Of a stretch of DNA of 64,000 bases, positions 1-12,892 are shown piece after piece. Position 1 is the first letter of the stretch. Each line of letters begins with the position of its first letter. The notes under the pieces are model-generated. The model was given only the letters and a program-made list of their open reading frames with translations, had not been told where the DNA came from and made no database searches. The translations under genes and the position numbers were made by a program. The stretch covers positions 26,290,001-26,354,000 of the forward strand of contig CM059432.1 of the NCBI GenBank assembly GCA_030390025.1. The letters run 5' to 3'. The DNA comes from Squalus acanthias (lineage: Eukaryota).

Positions 1-2995
1 AGCCTCTATAATCCCATTTTGAGAGGGCTTTCCGATTTTTAGTCATTCCCCCCATCCCTCATGCCTCCTCTGGAACACACCAGGTAATGCTGGCGGCCTC
101 ACAAGTGGATTGCTTACAAACAGCTGCAGCTCCACCATTACAAAGGAGTTTTCACCAATGATAATTTGCAGGTGGCAGAACTTTGTTGTTTCAGGTCTGG
201 GGGAACTTTTAGCAGGCATACTCAGTGTTGTGGAAGTTTGGAGCCTGGGAAACCCCTCTCCCCACCTTGACTAAGCGCTTCCTCAACTGAGGCATATACC
301 AGAAGCATGGCAACCATTTAATTCCTTTCCTCCTGGACATCAGATTTGGATGAAGACCAGCCGCGGCAGCAGCAGAACCATGGGCAACAGCAGCACCAAC
401 AGCAGGAGCATCAACAGGAGCGCCAAGCTGCTAGTCACCCACCTGAAGATGCACAGGCCAGAAGTCGCCAGTGTGCGACCATATGGCTGGCCGAGATGCA
501 AGGGACACACTCATGTTGGTCACATTTGCTTAGCCTGTACAATCAAACACTTTTGCCTCACACCTTCTTACCAGAGCATCGACAATGGACAAGAACCTGC
601 GGATTCCTATCACTCTGACCACCATACTGACAATTGCAAGTCGCTCTAAGCCCTCATTGTGGAAGTCCCATTTGCGAAATGACACAGGCCACAACTTCAA
701 CAGTTTGCCATCAGAATTTTTTATCACAACAAGCAACTGGTGGCATTTCAAAAATAAGCACAACATAACACCCAAGTGACTACCCTTGTGACTACTTGTG
801 CATTATCTTTCTCTTACGCGTGCTCCTACGTGGTGCTTCCCCTGTGGCTTCAGCAGATGTGGAGGCCCCTTGCTCACTTTCTTGCTGCTCCTGCCTCGAC
901 ACCTTTGGCGGCTGTCCTCTGGGGTTGCGAACCTGTGAGGGCTCGGCAACAGTCTGCTGCTCCTGCGGCTGTGCAGGGGATGAGACGCCCATCTCAGTTG
1001 GGTGAGGACTCTGGTGGGGCTCTGACCGAGGGCTTTGCAGTGGCATGGTTGTTTGAGCGCTTGGAGAGGAGCCCCCACTTCCTTGTTGTCTGCCACCAAC
1101 ATCCCTCTCATGGGTCAGCCCCACTTCAGAGCTAGCAAGTGGCTTGACAGCACCTTGCTGCACTTCAGGGGGGCCATGAGGAACCGTTTCTGCACTGGAA
1201 GTCCTACTCCAGAGGACTTCCATGAAGGTCTGGTTTCTATGCTCAGTAGCTGACCATCGCTCCTCAAGAGATGCCAGTCTATTCTGAACAATGACCATGT
1301 TTTCTACACTCTGGCAACTTAGCTCCTCCATGGCCGTAGCCATCCTCTCCTCTACTGTAGCCATCCTTTCCACGGAGGTTGTCATCCTTTCCGTGGTGAT
1401 GCGTTCATGCGCGAATGCCTCCACAAAGGCTCTGCTCATGTTCGCGATGGACTCCTCCATTCGCTCGACACTCGCAGCGACCCTGGAGACAAAACCTGCC
1501 AGAGACACCTGCACCTCTTCCTGGAGTTCCAGCACCGTTCTCATTCTGGATGGACCCAGAGGCACAAGGTCGACATGCAGCTGAGCCGAGCTGGCAGAGT
1601 CCTGCACCCTCTGACGAGGACTCTCCACTGCTGTCCCTGTCTCCACCATCTGCTAATGCTCACTTGTGAGCTGTGATACACCAGGTGCCAACACTACTCT
1701 ATCTCGTGAAGGTCCCACCGAGGTGTGAGTGTCTGCGCTGGTGCTGGATGCGCTGATTTCTGCTGAGGCTGCGCCCTCAGAGGTTGCAGCTTCCTCTGAG
1801 GAGTCTGGAAGCTCAGGCTCTTCCTCCTGGACAGTGGGGACAGGGGCTTTCGATGGTCCTGTGGGGGAGTAAAGGAAAGAGTTAGAGATGTGAGGTCAAG
1901 GTTACATGAACATTGAATAGTGCAGATGATCATAAGTCAATCTGTTAGAGCATCAGATTCATTATCAGTGACTCATGCAATGTCAATGAGAGAGATGCCA
2001 AACTATTCTGTCACCAGCTTGCTGCGATGCGCCCATCTGTCCGTCCCCCACTTGGGAATCCTCCTTGATCCCGGCGATTTCCAGGGCCGCCTCCTCCCAG
2101 GCGGTGAGCTGGGCTACTGAGGGTGGCCCTCCTCCTGTCATGGCTCTTTCCCTCTTATTGTGGGCTCTCTTCTCCTGCAATGAGGGACACAATGGAGTTT
2201 GAGTGAGAATGAAGGAGTGAGTGTAGATAATCCATAGCATAGATGCTTAGAAGGATACGAAGGACTATCCCTGTGTGTTGAAAGTTGTTGTTGTCATGGC
2301 ATCATAGTGATAGGGAGTGTGAGGGCTGCATGGTCGAATAGTTAAGTGAATATGACCTTCGAGAGAGAGGGAATGGGTAATGGTGCAGGCATGTAAGTGT
2401 CAAGTGGGATGTGGAGGAAGAGGTTGGCAAAGCAGAGTGCTGGTGAGGAGAGGCGATGGGGATCAGATTGAGGGTGATGGGAAAGTCATACTCACTTTTC
2501 CTGTGCGGAGAAGTTCATGAAACCTCTTCCTGCATTGCAGCCAGGTTCTGTGGCTCAGCGAAATGGAGTTGACCTCCTGGGCCACTTACAGCCACACAGC
2601 TTTTGTCTGCTGGGGTGGCTTTTTTCTCCCTGAAGAAGGGAACAGCACCTCCTTATTACATCTGGCTCCGTGCACCAGAGCTTGGAGGGAGGGCTCATCA
2701 AACCGAGGTGCACGCTTTTGCTTGATCGTGGATATCATACAATTTGCAGAGCCTTTGCAGTCTCCAGAGGAAGCAAGGCTGCATGCTGGTCTTAAATCCA
2801 GCAGCATTGATGATGTCATCAGAGGCAACTTTCTGTATAAAAAGACTCATTGGGCCAGGTGTTTCCACACGCAGGAAATCAATTGCCCAATTAGGGGAAA
2901 ATCCCACTTTTTCAGCACTTCACTTAGGAGTCGGGGTCCTGACACGATTTCCACCTGACACGCCCCAGCCCGCCCACACTGACAAAATCCAGCCC
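1..2995. mobile_element. Non-autonomous PIF/Harbinger DNA transposon (copy 1); left end outside the window; Myb gene retained, transposase core deleted
   Basis: Right terminus AAAATCCAGCCC ends at 2995 (reverse complement GGGCTGGATTTT). Myb/SANT gene on the - strand. On the + strand a Q/H-rich N-terminal piece (346-480) abuts a transposase C-terminus-like peptide MAGRDARDTLMLVTFA*. Confidence 0.8.
792..2738 (-). pseudogene. Harbinger Myb/SANT-like (NAIF1/MSANTD-type) DNA-binding protein gene; 3 exons, ~490 codons, 2 premature stops
   Basis: Exon 1 2738-2496 (MISTIKQKRAPRFDEPSLQALV...W..VAQEVN...TWLQCRKRF, donor GTGAGT). Exon 2 2174-2015 (EKRAHNKRERAMTGGGPP). Exon 3 1858-792. Introns are GT-AG and the phases (0, 1) are consistent. 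Stops at ~2587 and just upstream of 1649. Confidence 0.85.
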
Positions 2996-3035
2996 TGTGA
3001 CTCACCATGAGCAACTCCAGGAAAGATATGCTATT

Positions 3036-3778
3036 GGCCCAGAAATTGATCTCGCTCTGTTCCCGCGGGGGTAAGCCTTCCCCGCGATGTCTCACCTCGC
3101 TTATGCTTTTTCTGATCCAGCTCGCACGAAATTGATGTTCCAGACATCAGCTGTGCTGGGCTTGCGTATCCCAGCGGCGTAGTTAATTCGTGCGAGCTGT
3201 GGGATCACGTGACTCAGTTAGAGCCAATGGCAGCACACCATCTTCCATTCATAAGTCTCACAGCATGGCTGAGAGACTTATGAATCTTACACCCCCCCAA
3301 AATAACAGCTAAACCTCAATTAAATTAAAAAAAAAACCATCACATTAATAAAATAAGTATAGTTAATTAAATTAACCATTTTAAATAAAAAATTAAATTT
3401 TTGAAAAAATTTAAAATCTTTTAAAAAGTTATAAAAATAAACTTACCTGTCTTTAAAGTCTATAAAAAAGATATACCTGTAAAAAAAAATTCAAAAAAAT
3501 ACTTAATTCACTACTTACCTTCTTAAAAGCGAGTCTTACTCCTCCTTTTTACATTTCCAAAATCTTCCCTACTTACCTGCGCGTCCAAAGCATGAAGTGC
3601 ACAGCGTGCGCGCAGCCTGTAGCGCGCACGCGATGCACTCAAGCCCCGCCCCCTTTTCGGAAGAGCAATTGCCGGTTTTCAGCGCATGCGCAGGGCATGC
3701 AGAAAACCGGCAATTGGAGTGGGAATACGCGAGAGTATGCAGTGCGTACTCTCGCGTCCCGGGATCAATTTTCGGCCC
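3036..3778. mobile_element. ~740-bp Harbinger-type MITE (copy A)
   Basis: TIRs GGCCCAGAAATTGATCTCG and CGGGATCAATTTTCGGCCC. Flanks ATT/AAT. Inverted homologue at 58327-59068. Confidence 0.85.
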
Positions 3779-4599
3779 AATATATCAAAAATTCTGGTGG
3801 AAATAGCACTTTAATTTTCTAATTAAGTTACGTATTTGAAATATCCGTCTAACCGTTAAATGGCCTTCTGTTTTCAGATATGCATGTGCATTAACGTGAA
3901 TTCACAAACTTTGTCAAAGTAGAATATGACTTTCCTATGACTGTATTTTCTTGCTCAACAACAAGTCAAAGGCAGAGTTAACTTGTTGGACTTGAACAGA
4001 TTGTTAAAAGGTCCAAAAGTAAGGAGCACAGGGCATGATCAAAATTAGCGTTCTCATGTAAATTATATAGGTATGTAATGCTTCTTTCTACTGTTGTGAT
4101 TCTATCAGATGATAACTGCAGTAGCTATGCAGCGTCTCCGACTATTAATAATTCCAGACACAAAATTCCTCAAGTTGAACCATCTAGTCCGGACCTGCTT
4201 TAGGATTTTCAATGGAATTGCATCCAGAAACTCCTGAACACCAGTTGGCAGTCATTTGTCATTTGCAATGCAGAAAGAGCAACCATAAATATCACAGACA
4301 AGCTGCTCAAGGACTACTGGCAACATCTGTGTACAGCTGAGACACACAGATGGGAAACATGGCAAATTTAATGGATAGAAAAATAGGAGGTGACCTAATT
4401 GAAGTTTTCAAGATTATGAGGGGAATTGACAAAGTTGTTCTCGAATAATCATTCACTATGGCAAAAAATTCAAATAGCAGGGGAAGGGGGACACAAATTA
4501 AAAATTAAGGCCCCAATTTTAACTACGCCTGCCTGGTGGAAACCGAGTGTGGGGGGGAGGGTTGGGGGGGGGGGGGGAAAGGGGAGCAGTTGAAATAAA

Positions 4600-5362
4600 A
4601 TTTGACCAGAAACTTAACTGGACCAACCACATAAATACTGTGGCTACAAGAGCAGGTCAGAGGCTGAGTATTCTGCAGCGAGTGTCTCACCTCCTGACTC
4701 CCCAAAGTCTTTCCACCATCTACAAGGCACAAGTCAGGAGTGTGAAGGAATACTCTCCACTTGCCTGGATGAGTGCAGCTCCAACAACACTCAAGAACCT
4801 CAGCACAATCCAGGACAAAGCAAAAAGAATTAAGAAAGACTTGCATTTCTATAGCGCCTTTCACATCCACCGGACGTCCCAAAGCTCTTTACAGCCAATG
4901 AAGTACTTTTTGAAGTGTAATCACTGTTGTAAAGCAGCCCGCTTGATTGGCAACCCATCCACTACCTGAAACATTCACTCCCACCATCACCGGCACACCG
5001 TGGCTGCTGTGTGTACCATCTACAAGATGCACTGCATCAACTCATCAAGCCTTCTTCGACAGCATCTCCCAAACCCGCGACCTCTAACACCTAGAAGCAC
5101 AAGGACAGCAGGCGCATGGGAACACCGTCACCTCCAAGTTCCCCTCTAAGTCACACACCATCCTGACTTGGAAATGTATCGCCATTCCTTCATCGTCACT
5201 GGGCCAAAATCCTGGAACTCCCTAACAGCTCTGTGAGAGTACCTTCACCACATGGACTGCAGTGGTTCAAGAAGGCGGCTCACCACCACCTTCTCAAGGG
5301 CAACTAGGGATGGGCAATAAATGCTGGTCTTCCCAGGGACGCCCACATCCCGTGGATGAATA
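4600..5362 (+). mobile_element. 3' fragment of a CR1/L2-group LINE, interrupted by a SINE 3' fragment
   Basis: Peptide DQKLNWTNHINTVATRAGQRL...YKAQVRS..EYSPLAW resembles a LINE RT C-terminus. Minus-strand SINE tail at ~4823-4930 is flanked by an AAAGCA duplication. Antisense homologue at ~31790-32150. Confidence 0.75.
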
Positions 5363-7021
5363 CATTTTTGAAAAGGCCAGTCATTTACCCTGCACCCACA
5401 CCGATCCTGCTGCCTTCCCCCCATGTCCCAATCTGAACCTACTCTTTTGAGTAGGCAAGCAAGAAGGAAGCGAGGTCCTACTTTAAATATGTAGATCGGG
5501 TAACTATGTATATATGCTGTCATCAGGACCCGATTTGCAATTTTATCGACGGCCTGAGCGGGGGAGCAGTCAGGCCACACCTGTCGGGAGCCGGATTGTG
5601 GACCAGAAGAGGCACAGAAGGTAAATTAATTTAAATTTCTTTCTCAGCCAGTAGGGGCAGGAGTGGGCTACCCCATTCCCAATCTTTTCCAGAGCTTCCA
5701 GGTAATTAATCTATCCAGGTTTCGGGTGGGACTCTGCAGAGATTTATTCAAATAAGGCCCTACCGTTAAGATTGGCAGCACCTCCACGACCCGACCCTAC
5801 TAGGCTCATCACCCGCTACCAGGCTCCCCCGCATCCTTCACACCTCCCTGTAAAAATCGAAGCCTAGCAGACTGAGAATAAGAAGGGAAGTCAGATGGTC
5901 AAAAATGAATAGAATTCTGGAATATGTTACTCGGCAAGACCTTTGAAGCAGAGAATATAAATGGGTTCAAGCGGTAATTTCTGGAGAAGAGAGATTGAAA
6001 GATATGGTGACAAGGTGGGTAGGTGTGGTTGAGCTCTATCAAAAAGGGATGCGCTTGTTGGGCATATTGCCTTTTGCTGCTGTTATGAAGGTGGTTTTAT
6101 TTTGGTCTATAGAGAGCTAAATTCTATCTCCCTTCACCACTCAAGTGACTTCAGGCCAGCCCGACTTTACAATCCAGACATATCTCCTGTTTAAGGACGG
6201 CAATGTCTAACAGTATCAGAATTACATTTGTCGATTTCTTCTTGGCGGTGAATCAGCTCGTATAAAGCAGTGATGACTCCTATTTTCTCACAGAAATACT
6301 GTCGTTTTGACGCAATGTAATACCAGTTGCCTTGTCAACCGAGATACTAAAAGATTGTGATCTTGAAACAGCTGCCAGTTTTGCATGGCACTCTGGCAAT
6401 GACATTTTTTATGAGCATTGATTTTTTTTTCTTCATCTGCCTTGCACCTCCAAAGCTAGTTTGGAATCGGGAAACATTTATGACAAGTCATTTCTAAGTG
6501 TAGTGTGTCTGACATGAGGAGGTAGGATGATTTCCTTGATAAATTAAATTGGCCAGTTGAAGCAGTGTATTTGCAAGTAACGCTGAAGAAGTTATCAGTG
6601 ACAGTTGAACAAATACATATAACAGCAAAATGTTTTCAAACAGTTGTGATCTTTGTAAACTGGTTTTGACTTGTAATGTTTGGTGAGGTATATATAATCT
6701 CAGAGGCAGCCACAATTCAAATGATGGCCTGGAGTTTCCTCCACAATTACGTGGCTTAAAAGATGGCAGAAATTTGGGCATAATTGAGTTATGCGCGTAA
6801 CTACAATATGCCCAAGTCTCCTCGATCTTTTACGTCTGTCCATCAAACCTTCTTTCTGAACAATTGTCCGCCCACAGCAGGGGTGGGGGGGAGGGGGTCT
6901 CTCAATATTGCAACCAGATTTTCATGCACAGCAGGAAACAGTCATTTTATCCGGTCTTTTAATTGCAATTCTTTGAGCGTTTTTTTTCTCTCAAAATTTA
7001 TCCTCACTGAGACATGCTCTG

Positions 7022-7998
7022 CATCCTCCGCCATTTCCACCACCTCCAGCGTGATCCCACCACCAAACGCATCTTCCCCTCCCCTTTCAGCATTCCGCAG
7101 GGACCGCTCCCTCCGTGACACCCTAGTCCACTCCTCTACCACCCCCAGCACCCCTTCCCCTTCGCCCGGCACCTTCCGTGCAAGCGCAGGAAATGCAACA
7201 CATGCCCTTATACCTCCCCTCTTCCCACTGTCCAGGGCCCCAAACACCCCTTCCAGGTGAAACAGCGATTTACTTGTACTTCCTGCAATTTAGTATACTG
7301 TATTCGCTGCTCACGATGTGGTCTCCTCTACATTGGGGAGACCAAACGTAGATTGGGTGACCGCTTTGCGGAACACCTCCGTTCAGTCCGTAAGGGGGAC
7401 CCCGAGCTCCCAGTCGCCTGTCACTTTAATTCACCGCTTCACTCCCACTCTGACCTCACCGTCCTCGCCCTATTACACTGTTCCACGGAAGCGCAGCGTA
7501 AGCTCGAGGAACAGCACCTCATCTTTCGTTTAGGCACGCTACAGCCCTCTGGACTCAATATCGAGTTCAACAATTTTAGATCATAACCTTAGCCCCATCA
7601 CATTTATATTTTATTTTCTCATCCACCCTTTTATTTGCCCCCCCCCTTTTTTTTCCCTCCTAGAAGCTGGCAGCTGTCCTTCATTCTGAAAGTGCATTTC
7701 ACACTTCTTTCAGCCTTAACCTGTCACATTAACACCACCTCTTGCCTTGAATATCTCTTAATGTCTCTTAATGTCTCTTAATCTCTCCTTTTGTTCTTTC
7801 ATCCCCTCCCCCTTTTCCCAGCTTTATCCTTGCCTTAAATCTATATGATTTCCTGCTGTCTCCAGTTCTGATGAAAGGTCTCGACCTGAAACGTTAACTC
7901 TGTTTCTCTCTCCACGGATGCTGCCTCGCCTGCTGAGTTTTTCCAGCGTTTTCTGTTGTTATTTCGGATTTCCAGCATCTGCAGTATTTTGCTATCGT
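7022..7998 (+). mobile_element. 5'-truncated Penelope-like element (family A): GIY-YIG endonuclease region plus 3' end
   Basis: ORF 7257-7586 reads NLVYCIRCSRCGLLYIGETKRRLGDRFAEH...GLN. Hammerhead motif in the 3' end. TSD ATGCTCTG at 7014-7021 and 7999-8006. Confidence 0.92.
7864..7899 (+). ncRNA. Minimal type-I hammerhead ribozyme (Penelope family A)
   Basis: AGTT-CTGATGA-A-AGGTC(TC)GACCT-GAAA-CG-TT-AACT. Stem I AGTT/AACT, 5-bp stem II, palindromic stem III ACGT. Confidence 0.85.
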
Positions 7999-8920
7999 AT
8001 GCTCTGTATTATTTGTGTCTTTGAATGCATTTTTATGGCAAAGTATAAGTCACATTAAAAATTGAAAAGCTTCTCCGATTGCAGGTTCTTAAGCATGGTG
8101 TGCCTGATGTGCCTGAAGGATAGTTGAATGAGTTGAAACTTTAAATTTTAAGACTCAAAGAAGAAATATACTGGTGTGGGTTCGGCGTTTCCTTGGGCCC
8201 CGATCGATTACGCTGATTTAAGCCCATTTACATCCATTTTTTCAGGCGTATTCTAATGAGATTGGCAGGATACTTGGGTGCAAAATAGGCACGGCTTTGG
8301 GCGCAATGCAGGGTTATGCCCAAGTAGGAAACAGGCTGTTATGCCACTTCAGAATAATAATTTTACATATCTGAAACCTCTTAAAGAAGTGAGAAACAAC
8401 TACTGGAATTTCAGGTAGCTGATCCCAGGTTTGTTGCAAGTTGTATATTAGAAAGGATGGAACCTGTGAAGGCCATTCTGCACATCAATCTTGTTCCTAC
8501 CACAGACTATTACAATCCACCCTATCGTGCACTATATCCGACCCATTTAATTACTTGAAGGTAAGGACAATGTTCTCTGCACCCCAGAAATTATCAAGCA
8601 AAACTCCAGAATATTCAGGCCTCTTGACATCAACAATATTGAACTCTGACCTGCTGCAATTGCTAATCTGGCAGCAGTAGATGACTGATTCTGTTATGTC
8701 GCAATAATATTGCATTGGAATTAATCTAATAATAGAAACCTGGACCCCAATGAGCCTGGTTTGGTGTTACTGCAAAACCTTTTAGAGAATTCAATCAATT
8801 GGATGGAGGCAGTGGCAGTGGAAATTAGATACGCTGTTTTGGAAGGACCATGCTGAGTGGGCCAAAGTTGTTTTTTCCCCTCTCCCCTTCTGTTGTGAAG
8901 GTACTGATACGTTGAGGGGT

Positions 8921-9000
8921 GTGGGAGGGAGGGAAGGAGGGAGCAAGGAAGGAAGGGAGGAAGGGAGCGAGGAAGGGAGGAAGGGAGGAAGGGAGACAGA
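8921..9000 (+). repeat. Purine-rich (GGGA/GGAA)n microsatellite
   Basis: Read directly from the sequence. Confidence 0.8.
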
Positions 9001-9844
9001 GACAAGGGCCGCGATTTTGCCGGCGCTCAGAGGGCGGGTTCGGAGGCGGGTCTGCTGTCACAATCAAACTCATTGACAGCAGGTTGTGAGCCCGCTCCAA
9101 ACCTGCCTCCATGTAAGTTTCCAAAGTTTTCAAAGTCTGCGATTTCAGGACAGACCCGACACCAAGCGGCGGGGGAGGCATTTAAGATAGTTAAATGCTT
9201 GTTCAACGCTTGTTAACTATTTTGCTAGCCTATTTCTATTTTACCACTTTTTTAATGAGATTCACGTCATTCTGAGATCATGTCAGGTAAGTAGGTCGGG
9301 TTCTCTATGTCTCCCCATTGCTGTGAATAGGTGACAGCTGCAAAAGTGGTATGAAAGCTACTATTTCACAGCTGGTCGCTTTCCAATGTCAGAAGCTTGA
9401 GCCTTCAGGACTTGGAAGACACTTTTGAGCTGTATACAGTTTGGAAATGTTTGGAGTAAACTCTCTATCCACTGTCACCTCCTTGAAGCAAACTCTCTCA
9501 CCATTGACAAATCGCTTCTGTCAACCCAAATTCAGCTGCCATGTATTCCAACAACATCGGTGCCCTTGAAAAAATTTCACCCTGGTCCTCTGAATTCCTC
9601 CACGATCAGCCCCAACACCAACATCACCAACAACAACACCAACCTTCTCCGCCATCACCTGATGCTGCACAGGACACAGGGCATCAGCTCTCGACAACAT
9701 TGCTGCCCGGGAGGCCAGGAATGGCATCATCATGGCCAGATTTACTTCACTTGATGCTGTACACCCTGGCTGCCACATGATGCGCCAGATTGACACCACC
9801 CCACACCAGCACCATAAAGCATCCTGACAATGTCCAAGCCATTC

Positions 9845-12800
9845 ATAGAACATAGAACATAGAACAGTACAGCACAGTACAGGCCCTTCGCCCTCGATGT
9901 TGTGCCGAGCATTGTCCGAGACCAAGATCAAGCTATCACACTCCCTATCACTCTGGTGTGCTCCATGTGCTTATCCAATAACCGCTTGAAAGTTCCTAAA
10001 GTGTCCGACTCCACTATCACAGCAGGCAGTCCATTCCACACCCCAACCACTCTCTGAGTAAAGAATCTACCTCGGACATCCCTTCTATATCTCCCCCCAT
10101 GCACCTTATAGTTATGCCCCCTTGTAACCGCTGCCTCTACCCGAGGAAATAGTCTCTGAACATCCACTCTATCTATCCCCCTCATCATCTTATAAACCTC
10201 TATTAAGTCGCCTCTCATCCTCCTCCGCTCTAAAGAGAAAAGCCCCAACTCCCTCAATCTTTCCTCATAAGACCTCCCCCCCAAACCAGGCAGCATCCTG
10301 GTAAATCTCCTTTGCACTCTTTCCAATGCTTCCACGTCCTTCCTATAGTGAGGTGACCAGAACTGCACACAATATTCCAAATGTGGTCTCACCAAGGTCC
10401 TGTACAGTTGCAGCATAACCTCACGGTTCTTAAACTCAAACCCTCTGTTAATAAACGCCAACACACCATAGGCCTTCTTTACTGCTCTATCCACTTGAGT
10501 GGCAACCTTCAGAGATTTGTGGATATGAACCCCCAGATCCCTCTGCTCCTCCACGTTCCTCAGAACCCTGCCGTTGACCCTGTAATCCTTATTCAAATTT
10601 GCCCTACCAAAATGAATCACCTCGCACTTATCAGGGTTAAATTCCATCTGCCATTTTTCGGCCCAGCTCTGCATCCTATCAATGTCTCTTTGCAGCCTAC
10701 AACAGCCCTCCACCTCATCCACTGCTCCACCAATCTTGGTGTCATCAGCAAATTTACTGATCCACCCTTCAGTCCCCTCCTCCAAGTCATTGATAAAAAT
10801 CACAAACAGCAGAGGACCCAGCACCGACCCCTGTGGCACACCGCTGGTAACTGGTCTCCAGTCCGAAAATGTTCCATCCACCACCACCCTCTGCCTTCTA
10901 TGAGATAGCCAGTTACTTATCCAATCGGCCAAATTTCGCTCTATCCCACAACTCCTTACTTTCTTCATGAGCCGACCATGGGGAACCTTATCAAGCGCCT
11001 TACTAAAATCCATGTATACGACATCAACTGCTCTACCTTCATCTACACACTTAGTTACCTCCTCAAAGAATTCAATCAAATTTGTTAGGCAAGACTTACC
11101 CTTCACGAATCCGTGTTGACTATCCCTGATTAAGTTGCCCCTTTCCAAATGGTCATAAATCCTATCCCTCAGGACCTTTTCCATTATCTTACCAACTACC
11201 GAAGTAAGACTAACCGGCCTATAATTACCAGGGTCATTCCTATTTCCTTTCTTGAAGAGAGGAACAACATTCGCCACTCTCCAGTCCTCTGGCACCATTC
11301 CCGTGGACAGTGAGGACCCAAAGATCAAAGCCAGAGGCTCTGCAATCTCCTCCCTTGCCTCCCAAAGAATCCTAGGATATATCCCATCTGGCCGAGGGGA
11401 CTTATCGACCCTCAGGTTCTTCAAAATTGCTAAAACATCTTCCCTCAGAACATCTACCACCTCCAGCCTATCCACCTTTATCACACTCTCATCCTCAAGA
11501 ACATGGCCCCTCTCCTCGGTGAACACTGACGAAAAGTATTCATTCATCACCTCTCCTATCTCTTCTGACTCCATGCACAAGTTCCCACTACTGTCCTTGA
11601 CCGGCCCTACCCTCACCCTGGTCATTCTTTTATTTCTCACATAAGAGTAAAAGGCCTTGGGGTTTTTCTTGATCCGACCCGCCAAGGACTTCTCATGCCC
11701 CCTCCTAGCTCTCCTAAGCTCTTTTTTTAGCTCATTCCTTGCTACCTTGTACCCCTCAATCGACCCAACTGAACCTTGTTTTCTCATCCTTACATACGCT
11801 TCCTTTTTCCTCTTGACTAGACATTCAACCTCTTTTGTGAACCATGGTTCTCTCACTCGGCCATTTCCTCCCTGCCTGACAGGGACATACCTATCAAGGA
11901 CACGCAGTAATTGCTCCATGAAAAAGCTCCACTTTTCGTTTGTGCCTTTCCCTGATAGTTTCTGTTCCCATCTTATACTCCCTAATTCTTGCCTAATCGC
12001 ATCATAATTACCCCTCCCCCAATTATAAACCCTGCCCTGCCGTATGGCCCTATCCCTCTCCATTGCAATAGTGAACGTTACCGAATTGTGGTCACTATCT
12101 CCAAAGTGCTCTCCCACATACAAATCAAACACTTGGCCCGGTTCATTACCCAGTACCAAATCCAACGTGGCCCCAGCTCTTGTCGGCCTATCCACATATT
12201 GTGTCAGGAAACCCTCCTGCACACACTGTGCAAAAACTATCCCATCCGAACTGTTTGACCTATAAAGGTTCCAATCAATATTTGGAAAGTTGAAGTCACC
12301 CATGACAACTACTCTGTGACCTCCACACCTATTCATAATCTGCTTTGCAATTTCTTCCTCCACATCTCTATTACTATTTGGGGGCCTGTAGAAAACTCCT
12401 AACAACGTGACCGCTCCTTTCCTATTTCTAACTTCAACCCATATTACCTCAGACGGCAGATCCCCCTCGAACTGCCTTTCTGCCGCTGTTAAACTATCCT
12501 TGATTAACAATGCTACTCCTCCACCTTTCTTACCACCTTCCCTACTCTTACTGAAACATCTATACCCCGGAACTTCCAACAACCATTCCTGTCCCTGTTC
12601 TAACCATGTCTCCGTAATGGCCACCACATCGTAGTCCCAAGTACCAATCCACGCTCCAAGTTCTCCTACCTTATTCCGGATGCTCCTTGCATTGAAGTAG
12701 ACACACTTCAAGCCATCTTCCTGTCTGCCGGTACATTCCTGCGACCTTGATACCCTCCTCAGTACCTCCCTACACTCACCACTGGCTCCTGGACTACAGC

Positions 12801-12892
12801 CCTTTTTCCCATCCCCCTGACAAATTAGTTTAAACCCCCCCGAAGAGCCGTAGCAAATTTCCCTCCCAGGATATTGGTGCCCCTCTGGTTCA
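9845..12892 (-). mobile_element. 5'-truncated CR1 LINE with open ORF2
   Basis: (TTCTATG)n tail at ~9845-9866. 5' end is truncated inside the ORF1 C-terminus. Confidence 0.95.
9928..12711 (-). CDS. CR1 ORF2: APE endonuclease plus reverse transcriptase (927 aa)
   Basis: Endonuclease motifs NARS, ITETW, GDFN, SDH. RT motifs PGNYRPVSLTS, GVPQGSVLGP, KFADD. Reading frame is uninterrupted. Confidence 0.95.
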   Translation of the reverse strand: MKCVYFNARSIRNKVGELGAWIGTWDYDVVAITETWLEQGQEWLLEVPGYRCFSKSREGGKKGGGVALLIKDSLTAAERQFEGDLPSEVIWVEVRNRKGAVTLLGVFYRPPNSNRDVEEEIAKQIMNRCGGHRVVVMGDFNFPNIDWNLYRSNSSDGIVFAQCVQEGFLTQYVDRPTRAGATLDLVLGNEPGQVFDLYVGEHFGDSDHNSVTFTIAMERDRAIRQGRVYNWGRGNYDAIRQELGSIRWEQKLSGKGTNEKWSFFMEQLLRVLDRYVPVRQGGNGRVREPWFTKEVECLVKRKKEAYVRMRKQGSVGSIEGYKVARNELKKELRRARRGHEKSLAGRIKKNPKAFYSYVRNKRMTRVRVGPVKDSSGNLCMESEEIGEVMNEYFSSVFTEERGHVLEDESVIKVDRLEVVDVLREDVLAILKNLRVDKSPRPDGIYPRILWEAREEIAEPLALIFGSSLSTGMVPEDWRVANVVPLFKKGNRNDPGNYRPVSLTSVVGKIMEKVLRDRIYDHLERGNLIRDSQHGFVKGKSCLTNLIEFFEEVTKCVDEGRAVDVVYMDFSKALDKVPHGRLMKKVRSCGIERNLADWISNWLSHRRQRVVVDGTFSDWRPVTSGVPQGSVLGPLLFVIFINDLEEGTEGWISKFADDTKIGGAVDEVEGCCRLQRDIDRMQSWAEKWQMEFNPDKCEVIHFGRANLNKDYRVNGRVLRNVEEQRDLGVHIHKSLKVATQVDRAVKKAYGVLAFINRGFEFKNREVMLQLYRTLVRPHLEYCVQFWSPHYRKDVEALERVQRRFTRMLPGLGGRSYEERLRELGLFSLERRRMRGDLIEVYKMMRGIDRVDVQRLFPRVEAAVTRGHNYKVHGGRYRRDVRGRFFTQRVVGVWNGLPAVIVESDTLGTFKRLLDKHMEHTRVIGSVIA

